DNA of 58,357 bases, the filler included, from Sphacelaria rigidula (taxonomy: Eukaryota), in the NCBI GenBank assembly GCA_964200075.2. It is 9 parts of 9 records of this genome, joined end to end, with 100 filler letters (N's around TTAATTAATTAA, not from the genome) between each part and the next. Parts side by side here need not be neighbours in the genome. Positions count along the whole stretch, not along the records: positions 1 to 6,396 come from CAXNAA020020334.1; positions 6,497 to 12,892 come from CAXNAA020020335.1; 7 more parts are not named here. One strand, 5' to 3'. Shown one piece after another: positions 1 to 10,950 of the stretch. The first letter of the stretch is position 1; every line of letters starts with the position of its first letter. The notes beneath the pieces were generated by a model. That model did not search any database, was not told the origin of the DNA, and was given only the letters and a program-made list of their open reading frames with translations. The translations under genes were made by a program, and so were the position numbers.

Positions 1-388
1 AGCCTACGTCTGTGACCACGGGTTCGCGAGATCGGACTAATGTGCGGAAATAATAATAATAATAATAATAATATACGAAGTACATGTATGAATATGAGGG
101 CATTCTTGACCATGTTGGATTTATTTCGTCGGGGACCTTTGAAAGGACACAGCACAAGTCTACGGAAGAACACGAAAGCCAACGTGCGACATCGGGACCT
201 ATCGAACGCGTACCACTTCTGTCTGTTGTGGGAAGAGTAGAATTTAGTCGGAGGCGCAGGTAGCAACAGGCGTACCGTACCGTACCGTACCGTACCGTAC
301 CGCGGGTGTGATTCCTGTTTTTCACTCTTGTGTGGCTGACGCAACTTCGTGTACTACGTCTATCGATCTGATTTTCCTCAACACGCAG

Positions 389-3300
389 GAATCGAGACTG
401 CTAGCCACTGTGGACAAGGAGCTGGCGCAATTGGCCTTGGATCATCAAGCTGAAATCAACGAGCTCAGAAAAACGTGAGAGGGGCAGCGGCTATTGTACC
501 TACTATGAGGCGTGCATAGAACACCAGGCTGAGTAATCAAGATGGCCAGACAACGTACGGTCGGCGGTCGGACGGGAGCCGAGGGCTGAGTGGAGTCCAT
601 ATTTTAGCTGCAGACAAGTAGCCATAATGCCCTGGACAAAAGATTTCATTTCGTCAAAAAGTGTACGGTGTACGGTATCGGCTACTGCGTCTATTGCGCT
701 ATTTTAGTAGAAAACAAGTCCCGTATTGTATGCGTTACAGTTCTTGACGAGGCAGTCTATTTGATGTCCAGGGTGCATGCATCATCGCGGTATGCATACT
801 CAGTTTTCCGAGCGATTTCATACCATCGTGTGAAGTGAAGCAATGGACGTATCAACTCGAAAGAGGCTCTGAAGTGAGACTTGAAGTTTGTACAGAGAGG
901 TTGACCGAGTTTGTTTGATGAGAAGAGTCGATGCGGTGCGGGAGTGCTGACCCAATTCGCGAGCCCAAAATGTAAGGCGTGTACCGGGGGAGAGATGGGT
1001 TGGTCTGTCGAGACCACGGACTCGTCCCGAGGAAGGGGAGGGGTTCAGAGTGCAATAAACAAATAATAATGAAATGTCATGTCAATTGGGACCAGTCAAA
1101 ATCCTGTGTATTCATACGACGTTTTTGCCCAATGTCTCCGCACGTCTCTGCTGACCTCATGTCCTTGTGGTGTTCTGTGCGTCCTATTTGAATCAGGCTG
1201 GAGGTGGTGGATCGAGAGTTGGCGTTTATGGACAAGGACGCGCAGCGAAAGCTGGAGGCCTTCGAGAAGGCTCGCTCGGTGAGACGTGATTGACATGTTG
1301 AGGTGTAACAGGTGTAGGCGACGGAGACTTTTCATGGGGGGAAACGGGGATGACGTGCCGAATTTCTTGCATGACCAAGACTCACAGAGTACATACAGTA
1401 GTTTCCAGCGTTTACCCTTCCACGGTCCGGACGAATCATCGCCTGTTCGAATCACCAAATCTACGATTTTTCAGGCCTGGTTGCTCGAAAAAGAGGAAAG
1501 AAGTTGACCGCAGATCTAAAAGGTCTCCAAGCAATTTTTGCGCTGTTCCACGTGCCTGGGCTGCGCGTACTCCGCATGCGACGCAGAAAACGAGCCCGAA
1601 GGATTGATTCGTATGGCACGAATCAATTACACTAAAATTAAGTGATTTACCGAGGAATCATCAATTCGTCCTACGCGTGAACCGTCTGGGCACCCGAGGT
1701 CGATTGTTCCGAAATTCCGATCTCTGAAAAGGTTCCGCCGGTTTTTAGGGGATGACAAAAGTGTAGGGGTAGGTGACCGTCAGTAGGCCGAGTGGGCTCT
1801 ACTTCCGAGTTTTCCCCCCGAGTTTTGATCATTGCACGAGAACATCGCAGCAGCCCAGGTTCATCATGGTCGAGTGTGCGGTTCAAGGTTTCCTGGCCTA
1901 CTTGTTTCATGCACGCAACCCGATTGAGGTTGGCCGCCGTTCCCCAATATAAATGTCAACGCCACGAGCTCTCCCGCTTGGGTAGCAGGGGTGTGCAAGG
2001 GGAGTCAAGCTCACAAGTGCGGGTCCGTCCGTGCGCGTTGCTTGTGTTGTGTGCAGTGAGAGTGTCAACGTGTGCTTGTCCTGATGAGCTAGTTGGTGTT
2101 GGGGGAAACTCTCCTCACCTAGGATATGTATGTATACTAAATGTAAAACTATAGTTGCAGTAGGCCTATACTTCACGAAGTACAATTTATTCATATTGCA
2201 ACTGTTGACCATGTATTATCCAGGGTGCGATTTTTTTCTGAGAATGAACCCCTCTGTGGCACAAAATCAAAACACCACCACCCTACCACACGCATACGTC
2301 CCACGTACGTACGGCCGGTGCGTACGCTGTTCGGCAGGCCGTGAAGCTGTTCCGTTGAGAGCCATGAGATGTTGTTGTTGTTGTCTTCACATTAGAAACC
2401 GTTCCGATATCTGTGCGGTACATTCGTACTAGGCATCTGATACGGACGCCTCCCGTGGTCACAGGCTAGCAAAAACCAAAAAACCAAATTAGATCGAGAT
2501 AAAAACTCACAAAACGCGATACAAGCAAAACAGGGATGAATAATGGAAGAGAAAGAGAGCACATACGGCTATACTCAGAAGATCCGGTGCCGCAGGTGGC
2601 CATTCGGACTTCAGGAGGTGGCACCCGGCTTTCCCAATCGACGCGCGATGCCAAGTAGAATGGATACACATGGATGATGACTATACACGTTCTACTGTTT
2701 TCGTGATCGCGGGTACTGTATTTTTGACAGCGCTCATGTCCTGAGACGGTAACGGGCTGCTGCTGACTGCGGCTTACCACCCACGAATAAATATGACACG
2801 GTGTATTCCTGGCGATGGCCGTTCATGTGTAGGCATTGTTTCACCACACAAACAATTAAATGTGCGAAGTGAACGAAGGTGGCACGGAATCGTTTGGTAC
2901 ATTGAAGAGTAGCGAGAAAACGATCGCTATTAGTACAAGGAGATGGATGGTGGCCACAAACTGGCGTAACAGAAAGGGGGGTAAGACTTATTATGGAAGG
3001 ATTTCTGTCTCATGCTTGGAAGAGGCGTAGTGAGCACTTGTTGGAGGTATTTCCATCAAGAGTAGGAACTGTGCTCAGTATCGAAAGGGGGTCAGTGGTC
3101 AAATGACCAAGGCAAGCAGCGAATGAGTTCCCCCTATCTACCTTTTCCGTTCCCCATTGCCCCCAAAAGCCCGGCCAACTGGTGCCCGACTGACGACGGG
3201 GCGCTAAAGGGGTTAACAAGCTCAAGAGCAAAACGACAGTAGGCATGGGCGAAGCCTTGCGAAGCCTTGCGAAAAATCAATTGCCATCGTGCTTTTCTGT

Positions 3301-3694
3301 TGTTGCGGGTGTAAGATGTTAACGCTCCGCTCCACCACCACGCCGTGGATTGCTGTTTCCCCCCCCCACCCCCAAAAAAAAAAATGCTCAACAACATCGT
3401 GAAAGCATCGCAAACTTGTATTTCATGCGTCGTTGCTTGCGCGTGTGTTGAATCTGGGGTGCGCTCGCTTTTTTTTTTCTTTCTTTTCAAAATGAACAGC
3501 TCCTGTCGGCGAAGGTCTCGCAAAAGAAGGGCATCACGAGCCGCTTGACGCAGCTCATCATGGAGAGCGAGAGACAGAAAGACTTGAAGCTCAACGAGAT
3601 CATACAAAAGATGTCCACCGATGGGAGCGAAGTGGGTGCTGGTCCCCGGGGACTCTCCAAAGCAGGATCTTGGTCGGGTGACTTTCGACGATGA
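389..3694 (+). CDS. GORAB / RAB6-interacting golgin-like coiled-coil protein, 3' part (exons 389-474, 1197-1278, 3500-3694)
   Basis: Three AG/GT-bounded exons with matching phases (2, 0) splice to ESRLLATVDKELAQLALDHQAEINELRKTLEVVDRELAFMDKDAQRKLEAFEKARSLLSAKVSQKKGITSRLTQLIMESERQKDLKLNEIIQKM...GDFRR*. The heptad pattern and the 'L..L..ESER....KL.E' ending resemble the GORAB/DUF662 family (recognised from memory, no search run). No 5' exon was identified. Confidence 0.7.
905..1080 (+). repeat. SINE-like dispersed repeat family 2, body copy (intronic)
   Basis: Shares GGAGTGCTG..CCAAT.CGCGAG.CCAAAATG.A.GGCG.GTACCGGGG..GAGACC..GGA.TCGTCCCG with 26355-26610, 31740-31870, 33270-33440 and 15160-15215. 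Confidence 0.75.
2390..2610 (+). repeat. Dispersed repeat family 3
   Basis: GCATCTGAT.CGGACGC.TCCGTGGTCACAGGCTA...GATCCGG.GCCGC.GG...CATTCGGACT recurs at about 31935-32185. A short inverted piece lies at 1-37. Confidence 0.65.
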
Positions 3695-3701
3695 AAATGT
3701 T

Positions 3702-3936
3702 CGAGGGTGTGTGGGGCGGCGTATATCCTACGTTTGGGTATTTTGAAAAAATCGTACTCGTGAGCAACCAAAACTTGTGGAGAGCATTGAGAAATGCACT
3801 CGAGAATACCCAGATATTGAGATAGAGTGTGCCTGAAGTTCCCCAATATTTTCGTCGAGTTCGAAGATCGGAACATCGCACCACAAAATGCGGGAGAGTA
3901 AATACCCGGGGATGTACCCTACCCGGCACACCCTTG
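3702..3936. mobile_element. MITE with degenerate ~27-bp TIRs
   Basis: Left end CGAGGGTGTGTGGGGCGGCGTATATCC matches the reverse complement of the right end, CAAGGGTGTGCCGGGTAGGGTACATCC. Flanks AAAATGTT / AAAAGTGT. Confidence 0.55.
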
Positions 3937-4036
3937 AAAAGTGTCCGATGATGCGTGGTTGATGGCTGTTGTAGGAGTGACCATGTACGATTGCGGTGTG
4001 TCCGGCTGTTGCCATAAATTAGTTCATTCTTGAAAG

Positions 4037-4444
4037 TAGAGCTCGGAAATGGTACCAGGTAGGTAACTGGCCATTCTCAATATAGTGGTAAAAGTAGTGA
4101 TGGTTGTATGAAAATTTTGGATATTGGTTTCAAACCATTATTTACCGTTACCGGCTACGTATGCTACATACAGCCCTTGAAAATTGGTCCAAATTCAACT
4201 TATTTTTTGGCTCTAGTGAAGCCAAATCGCGTAAAAACGTGCCTCCGGCGGGGCCCCCTCTGCCGGGGGGCGTGTACTCATGATCATGCATGCCATAGTC
4301 ATAAGATCGGGGGGGGGGGGCTTCTTGGCTCGCGGCTGCGCCGCTCGATGACCAAACTGTCATATACCATTTGACTGGTTGATGAGTGCGCTACGCGTAA
4401 CCATCCAACTGGTTAATGGTTGGACAAACCATTTCCGAGCTCTA
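4037..4444. mobile_element. hAT-type MITE (family also at 42438-42853)
   Basis: Perfect 17-bp TIR TAGAGCTCGGAAATGGT / ACCATTTCCGAGCTCTA. 8-bp TSD CTTGAAAG / CTTGAAAT. An inverted homologous copy lies in contig 7. Confidence 0.85.
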
Positions 4445-6396
4445 CTTGAAATTGTAATACAGACCCCCGATGCGCTGGTTTTCTTGGTCTGGTGGTGGTG
4501 GCAGCTTTTTTTTGGTTGCTACTGTGTCCCCGTTTATCGTGAGCGGGAGGGAGATTGTGGCCAGTACTGTATGTTATTTAAAGGCCTTTTACTCTTGGTG
4601 TGAGTATTCCTGTTGGCGCATCTTGTTTCTAGTCCAAACGTGACGAAAGGTGCCACACTACTGTGCTTTGGTCTCCCTTTGGCGATGACGACGTCTGGTT
4701 TGGAAAATGAGGCCTCACCAGATCTTATCCTTCTCCCCGAAAATGTGGAAGGCCTAAGAGTCCCCGAGTCCCCGTTGTGTGTAGTATATACCATTTTGAG
4801 AGATGCGCGTATAATAGTAGCAACCCCTATTTTTACACCCCTCCCACATTTGCTGATCCTCGTTTGGTGCGGTAAAAGCAGTACTAATGCGTGTCATCTT
4901 GCAATGACCCATGCCCAGCATTGCCGATATTATCGTGCCCGGCGAGAAATGTACGCTCCCGAATGCGATCGATCACGGCGCATGATATGTGGGGGGGGGA
5001 GGCGCACGCGGGGGAGGGGGGGTGTTGAAGGCGACCCGGTTTGACACGCTTGGCTGGGGGTGCGGTAGGGAAGGCTGTTGTGCTGACGCGGTCCCAGCAG
5101 ACGGGTCGTCTCGGTTGTCAAGAGAGAGCATTGCGTAGTTGTCGTGCATTCAGTGATTTGCTATGAATCCATCCGTTACCACACATGCTTCGGTATTGAA
5201 AAACGAGGGCATTGCTCTTAGCCCTTTGACCACCAGCCAAGGGAGGTACTCAATGTAATCGCCACCAATTTCACTTGAAAGAGTAATGGATGGTCCAGAT
5301 GACCTCCCCTCGTGGTCAAGGGGTTCAAAACGTTGTTCGCAAAGGGCACATTGTTTCACCTCTGTATATCGTACATATTGTTTCGCTCTGTTTTTTTGTT
5401 GGGATTACTGTAGTATAGCGTTTCTATATTGAGCTAGGTTTGAGAAATGCCTCGAGTCACGTGAGTCTGATGTTCTATATTAGTGGGTCGGGAGTGGCCG
5501 GCGCCTGTAGGTTCATCCGGCGGTCGGGATTTTCGGCGGATGTACGAGCTGGGAAATCGCGCCTCTCCTTTCACTCATGCCATGCGCATCGAAAGTGTCA
5601 TCTGGGGAGGATGCAGTTGATGTTGGTGCAGCACACACGGAAGACATCTTCGACGATAGTCCCTCCCCCCCCCCCCCGAAAAAAAAAAAGTGACTGGTTT
5701 GGGGAGGCATAATCTGTGCACCTGTGAGGTGTTTGGTGTGGCCGTGGCGCGCTTCCTCGCGGTGCACCGTTTTATAGCGGAGCAAGACAATTGTCACGAG
5801 AGATCTTGATGGGTGGAGCAGACGACGTACCCGAGTGGGGCGCTGCATCGCCGTGCTTTTCATTATTCATCAGACGTCACCCGCTGGTGTACAGCTCTAT
5901 CTGAACTTTCGCTCTCTGAATCTCAGCCCTGAGCCCCAACTACAGAGCTTACAATATAGAGCCGCGGAGCCGTTCTGGCTAGACTGAACACTGGCTACAG
6001 TACTGGTCCCCGGACCGTTCCTGTTGGTACTTCGTACTAGACCGCACTGGCTCCTACCAGGCTGGTTGACTACATGCCTGAGAATCTACGTTTGAGATCT
6101 ATGTCCAATACATAATCTGCACATAATCTACACGTGAATCGAAATGAAAAAAGCCAAGCACAACGAGCAGCTGGGAATTCTCACGCTTGGGTTCGTTTTC
6201 GCCAATGTCGCTAATATGAAGCGCTTCGTGCAGCCTGGAACCAAACATCAGGTGCTGTATGATCATTTTCTTCGTGACAGTTTTGGGCTGTTTATTTTTT
6301 CTTTGGGGGGGGGGGGGGGGGGAAGAGGATTTTTTTTGTTTGCCCCAGCCCTTCGGGTGGGTTGGGGGGAGGGGGTGGGGGTAGTTATTTGTTGCT

Positions 6397-6496
6397 NNNN
6401 NNNNNNNNNNNNNNNNNNNNNNNNNNNNNNNNNNNNNNNNTTAATTAATTAANNNNNNNNNNNNNNNNNNNNNNNNNNNNNNNNNNNNNNNNNNNN
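6397..6496. other. Artificial contig linker
   Basis: N44-TTAATTAATTAA-N44; stop codons in all six frames. Confidence 0.97.
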
Positions 6497-6554
6497 CTGG
6501 TGCGCCCACGTATACCGAAAGGTGTAGACCGGCGCCCAGAATAGATGGGACGAC

Positions 6555-6587
<33 letters not shown>
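6497..6587 (+). repeat. 3' end of SINE family 1 with (CA)n tail
   Basis: CTGGTGCGCCCAC.TA.ACCGAAAGGTGTAGACCGGCG.CCAGAATAGATGGGA followed by (CA)n; same as 18546-18620. Confidence 0.8.
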
Positions 6588-6589
<2 letters not shown>

Positions 6590-6848
6590 GGGACATGTTT
6601 GGCGTCGAAATACTTCCACTGGTCACTTCAAGAACCCCTGAATATCGCATCAACGCCCCTACCCGTGTTCCCTACCTCCCCCACCACACTTTTTAATTCA
6701 TTGTGTGGCGGACTGAGTATCTCCGCGCAATGAGGCGCAATCTTTGGTACCGCCTGTTTTTTTTTTAAGGAGTACCATTCCCCAGTAATCCAAGCACATT
6801 CATGGACATTTCGTTTTGATGATGAATTTGGTGACTGCGAATTCGGGT

Positions 6849-9462
6849 CTATCGGTCTAGCGCCAGATCATATCGCGACCACACGCCGGTTTCTGAACAA
6901 AAACCACCAACAGCCACTGCGGATGCATCGGAAAACCACGAGCGCGTCGACATCCGCTCCAACACATGGTATGCATGGTCAAACATTTGACCACCGAGGA
7001 GGGATAGACCGTCCGAGGCTAGCCACCTCCACCAATCTTCATCACCGTGAAGTTCAGCGCCGAGTCCGACCCCCGCCGGCTGCGGTCTGCTGAACGCACG
7101 GAAAACTCCGTCATTCCTACCCCGGCCGTATGTACTGTGGACAAGTTCACGGATTGCAACACTCGCCGGACGAAAAATTGTCCTGGACGAATCACGAATG
7201 ATATGTGCAACAAAAAGCCCGTGAGGGACTCTATTTCTCGGATGGCGGCGTATTTCCACGATGGCGGCCAGTCCGTAACAAGTACCTGCAATTCGCGCAC
7301 ATTCTTTTCGGACATCGAAACTGTCAACGTCTCAGTCTCCAATATCCATCCCAGCACATCCAAACTTGTGTCCGAGTCAGATATCTTGTCGGCCGATAAC
7401 AACGGGGGTCTTTCATTACCCCGTTTCCCCAACAAACGAAAATGTTCGGAAGCCAGGGAGTGGGTTGCACGCAAACATCGACGAAAATCCAATCACTAGA
7501 TAATTTTTTCCACGAGGATTGCGTCGTCTGCGGAGTATCGCACAAAAAATGGGCCCGAAATACGACCGTCGGCACCCGGGATTCGATCACAGTCGGCAGG
7601 TAAGAGCACAATGAGCCGATTACGTTGTGCCGCTACCGTGACCCCTGCTGATGCCGTCCGTCCGGCTTCCAGGTCGCGAGCGCCGCGAAAAGCAGCGTGA
7701 TTATGCGAGTATTCGAGTATTCCAGTGCAGAGGCCATTAATGCCCAGGAACCGGAACTACTCCGCCATCCAAATTGCAACCGCAGAAGAGATACCACCAC
7801 ATTATCGCCAGCATAACCGAAAACCAGTGCACCCGCAGGATCTATAGGCACCTGTCGATAGGCCTCATTCAAATGCATTTTACAGAGTACGATACGCGCA
7901 GCAGCAACCTGTGATCGGCGGAGGTGCAAAATTCGCAAGATCACATCCTTCAGTACGTGACCCAGTTCGACTAGCGGCGCAGATTCAAAATCCGTGTCCG
8001 CATTACATCAGGGTCGTTGCGGGGAAAAGAAAGATCCATCGATAATACGGAATTCGTCACTTTCGTTGCGAGCATAGGGGATAGTGCTGCGGTGGTTGCC
8101 ATATTACAACGTCAAAAGTCCATTGTCGACCCCGCTAACACCCACATTAGCCCCTGGTTTCAATGTGCTCAGTAAACGTTCTACTCCGGGACATTTCTTT
8201 ACTCCCCCAAACCAGTTTGACACACTGCTGACATCGATATGTGGTGCAGATTGCGAAAACCCAATGATGTTCACCAGATGACCAATAGTGCCCCCCGTTA
8301 TTGCCAGGAGTTCAGACTCCAGACGTGCCATCACTCGCAATTGTGTTGAGCCATACTGATCATCTTGCAATCGACCAACTTGGTGTTTCCAATGTGCAAT
8401 CAAGTCAAGAATCTCAGCAGGATATGCGTCTTCCCCGCACTATTCGTCTGACAATGCGATATTATGCGAGCAACACACATCAGAATTTCGCGCCCCGAAC
8501 GATCCTGGCACAAGCGGCTCGCGTTCGCCAACGGTGCAGTCTGCTTACGCCAACGCGTCTCGAGCTAGCTCCCCCAAGCCTCTTCGACCTATCTCTGGAA
8601 CGCGCCGCTCCGCATCAGATACCGTTGGCCCCACCGTTCCCCGGCGGAGCCCGAACCCCTCTGCAGATATCGGCGGTGCATTCCCACCAGCCGCTACGGC
8701 TGGTTCTCCTCCACGGGTGATACCCCGCCCGCCGAATGCCATGTGTGCCGCAGAAGTTGGGCTCGTGGCGCCAGCACCCCCGCCCGCCTGTCCATCATGA
8801 TCCTGAGTATCGCCCCCTCTTCCACCATCACCGGCTCCAGCCCTCGCTGCTGTCGAACGACGGGCTCTCTCTGCCTCCACCTCGGCTCGGGCACGCCCCA
8901 AACCTTCGATGTGACGATGTTTACACTATTCCTCGGTGAGCTCGCCTTTTTTGCGTCCAAGCCATTTGAAGCAAGTTACTTCCTACTTTGCAGCGGTCGT
9001 TGTCGCCGCCTTCTTCCTCAGGCCAGTCCCAGTGCCGGTCGGGGCACTCCCCGTTCTGCGGTTCTGGTCGAAATTCTCCTCCACCGACATGTGTCCAGAA
9101 ACGAGATACTACTGCAATGCCAGAGACATTGGCACCGACGTAATCGGTATGCGTGCCGTTGTTGGCGGGGGCGAGTCGTGTCGCAGCGGTGTGACAGTTC
9201 AACCTGCTGTTCTTCAATTCAGACAGCTGTTCAAAGATTCGAAGATTCTCAAAAATGGTTGGCCGTTTTCTTCCCGCATGAATGTAAACGCTTGCCCAGG
9301 CTCGCCCCGCACGGTGTTCACGTCGCGGCTTACTTCCTCTATCTGATGCCCGGCGGTTGTGTCCACAGCCGATGCGACTTCCTCTCGTTCGCGGTCGTAT
9401 TCTTCGCAGTCATCAAGAGCGCCGGCGCCGCCGGCACTCCGGCGTCAGCCTGTTCATCCATG
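6849..9462 (-). mobile_element. Degenerate DIRS-type (tyrosine-recombinase class) retrotransposon: gag-like region, RT and RNase H
   Basis: Frameshifted minus-strand pieces in the expected order: low-complexity gag-like region (8500-9460), 'L*YGNHRS' (~8090), RT 'KMHLNEAYRQVPIDP...LRLQFGWRSSSG' (7633-7944), 'LDVLGWILET...SLTGFLLHISFVIRPGQFFVRR' (7019-7492), RNase H 'WWRW...WFSDASAVAVGG' (6849-7050). No recombinase ORF was recognised. Confidence 0.8.
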
Positions 9463-9689
9463 AGTACGCAGAATGCTCGAATGCTCACAGTACAAAGTCC
9501 AGTAAAAACTTGAAAACGATGCGACCCCTCCCAGAATGCTCACAGTACAATGTACAGTGTTCCGGTTGTACAACCTTCAACACTTGCACTGCCTGCAATC
9601 GAGCAGTAAGCTGGCTGGATGTTCAGGCCGCCGTTCTGCCCGCCTGCTACTACGTCTGCCTACCACTCTCTCAGCGTATTAAAGGACAA

Positions 9690-10950
9690 TCGCTTCGATG
9701 TTCAGTATCAGCGATACAGACGCTCCAAGCCCTGAGCCTTTCGGGGTCTGTTTGCCAACGCGTACAGTCCAGTAGGAGCATTAGACATCGTTGCCAAAGC
9801 ACATAGGCGCAAGACTTGAGAACTTGTGCGGCCTAGCCGTGGAGAACACTACTCGTAGCATGCTGTCGGGCATGCAATATCGCACAGATCACACAGGTTG
9901 CCATTGCATACAGTGCAACAATATCCTGTTTCAGCATGATAACAGTCAGGACACAGTACGTTACACACGTTACTCCGCAGTACTTACTGACTTCAGAAGT
10001 GTCTTGCAGTACAACGGAAAAACACTACAGGTAAGCGCAGAATAGTTTGGTGCGGTCAACCACAGGGTGACGTTGTGCTACTTTAAATATTGTGGGGGAA
10101 AACCGCCGACATACGCTGGCCGTATTATACCTCGTGAATCGAAACATCGACACAACAGCCATGTTTGAAACCCAGCCAGTAATCACGATCATTGTGATGC
10201 AGTCGATGCAAAAATAGTGTGCCGAGCTCACAACAAGATTCACCAACACGTTTACCCATCCAGTCGAGACAAGTGCCGCGGAGACCTACCCATCAATGAG
10301 TACTCGTACCGGTGTGTCGCGTATGTACTGGATGCTGGCTCACGTGTGTCACTGGAGCACGCAGGTGTGTTCTTCAGCCACACCCGTCGGGACTCCTCTT
10401 AGCAGAAGCACTTCTTCATGTCAGCAATATGGTCAGTCACGCCTTATTACGAAAGACACTGGATTTCAACAGCGCCTGTGCGGTGCTGTCTTCTGAGAAG
10501 GAGTAGGCATGGTGTGGATTGTGATCTCGCTTGATCCCCAGGCAATCGTCAATGATGACGGTTTTGACGTGCAATGCAATGCTCTCTCTCTGGACGGTAA
10601 AAAAACGAAAAATGTCTACGACCACACTCCCAGCCGTTCGCAGTCCCGCCGCATCGTGCACCCCGACATCAGGAGCACCACATCTAGTTCTCCAACACCA
10701 GCCTGGACAGCGAACGGGTTGCTGTGTACTCAAGTGCGCCTTGTGAGCAAAACCGGTTTATAGCGTCCGCCAAATTTGTCCTGTTTCTACTCGCCGTTTC
10801 GTCTACAGTGGGTACCGCCGTTTCAGCACATGGTATAACGGAACGGGCCGACGCCGCTCAGCCAGCCTCTGGTGTTGACCTTCCGCTGTCCATGCATCTC
10901 CACGAGCGCAGTCACGCCATGATGATACGCAACCGTTGTTGGCCCTACAG
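9690..10950 (+). pseudogene. Probable piggyBac-like transposase relic
   Basis: Fragments across frameshifts and stops in colinear order: 'SAIQTLQAL...GLF...VAKAH', 'RGEH', 'DAVDA....HNKIHQH' (compare VDxHNxxRQ), then Cys-rich 'QRTGCCVLKC...RNRCW'. Heavily decayed. Confidence 0.35.

Noticed and set aside
4600..5360. Helitron or other TE coding fragment ('KQCALCEQRF')
   Set aside because: A single CxxC with no Rep or helicase motif is not enough to call.
8743..9513. 256-aa plus-strand ORF
   Set aside because: It is the antisense shadow of the GC-rich gag-like region of the DIRS element.
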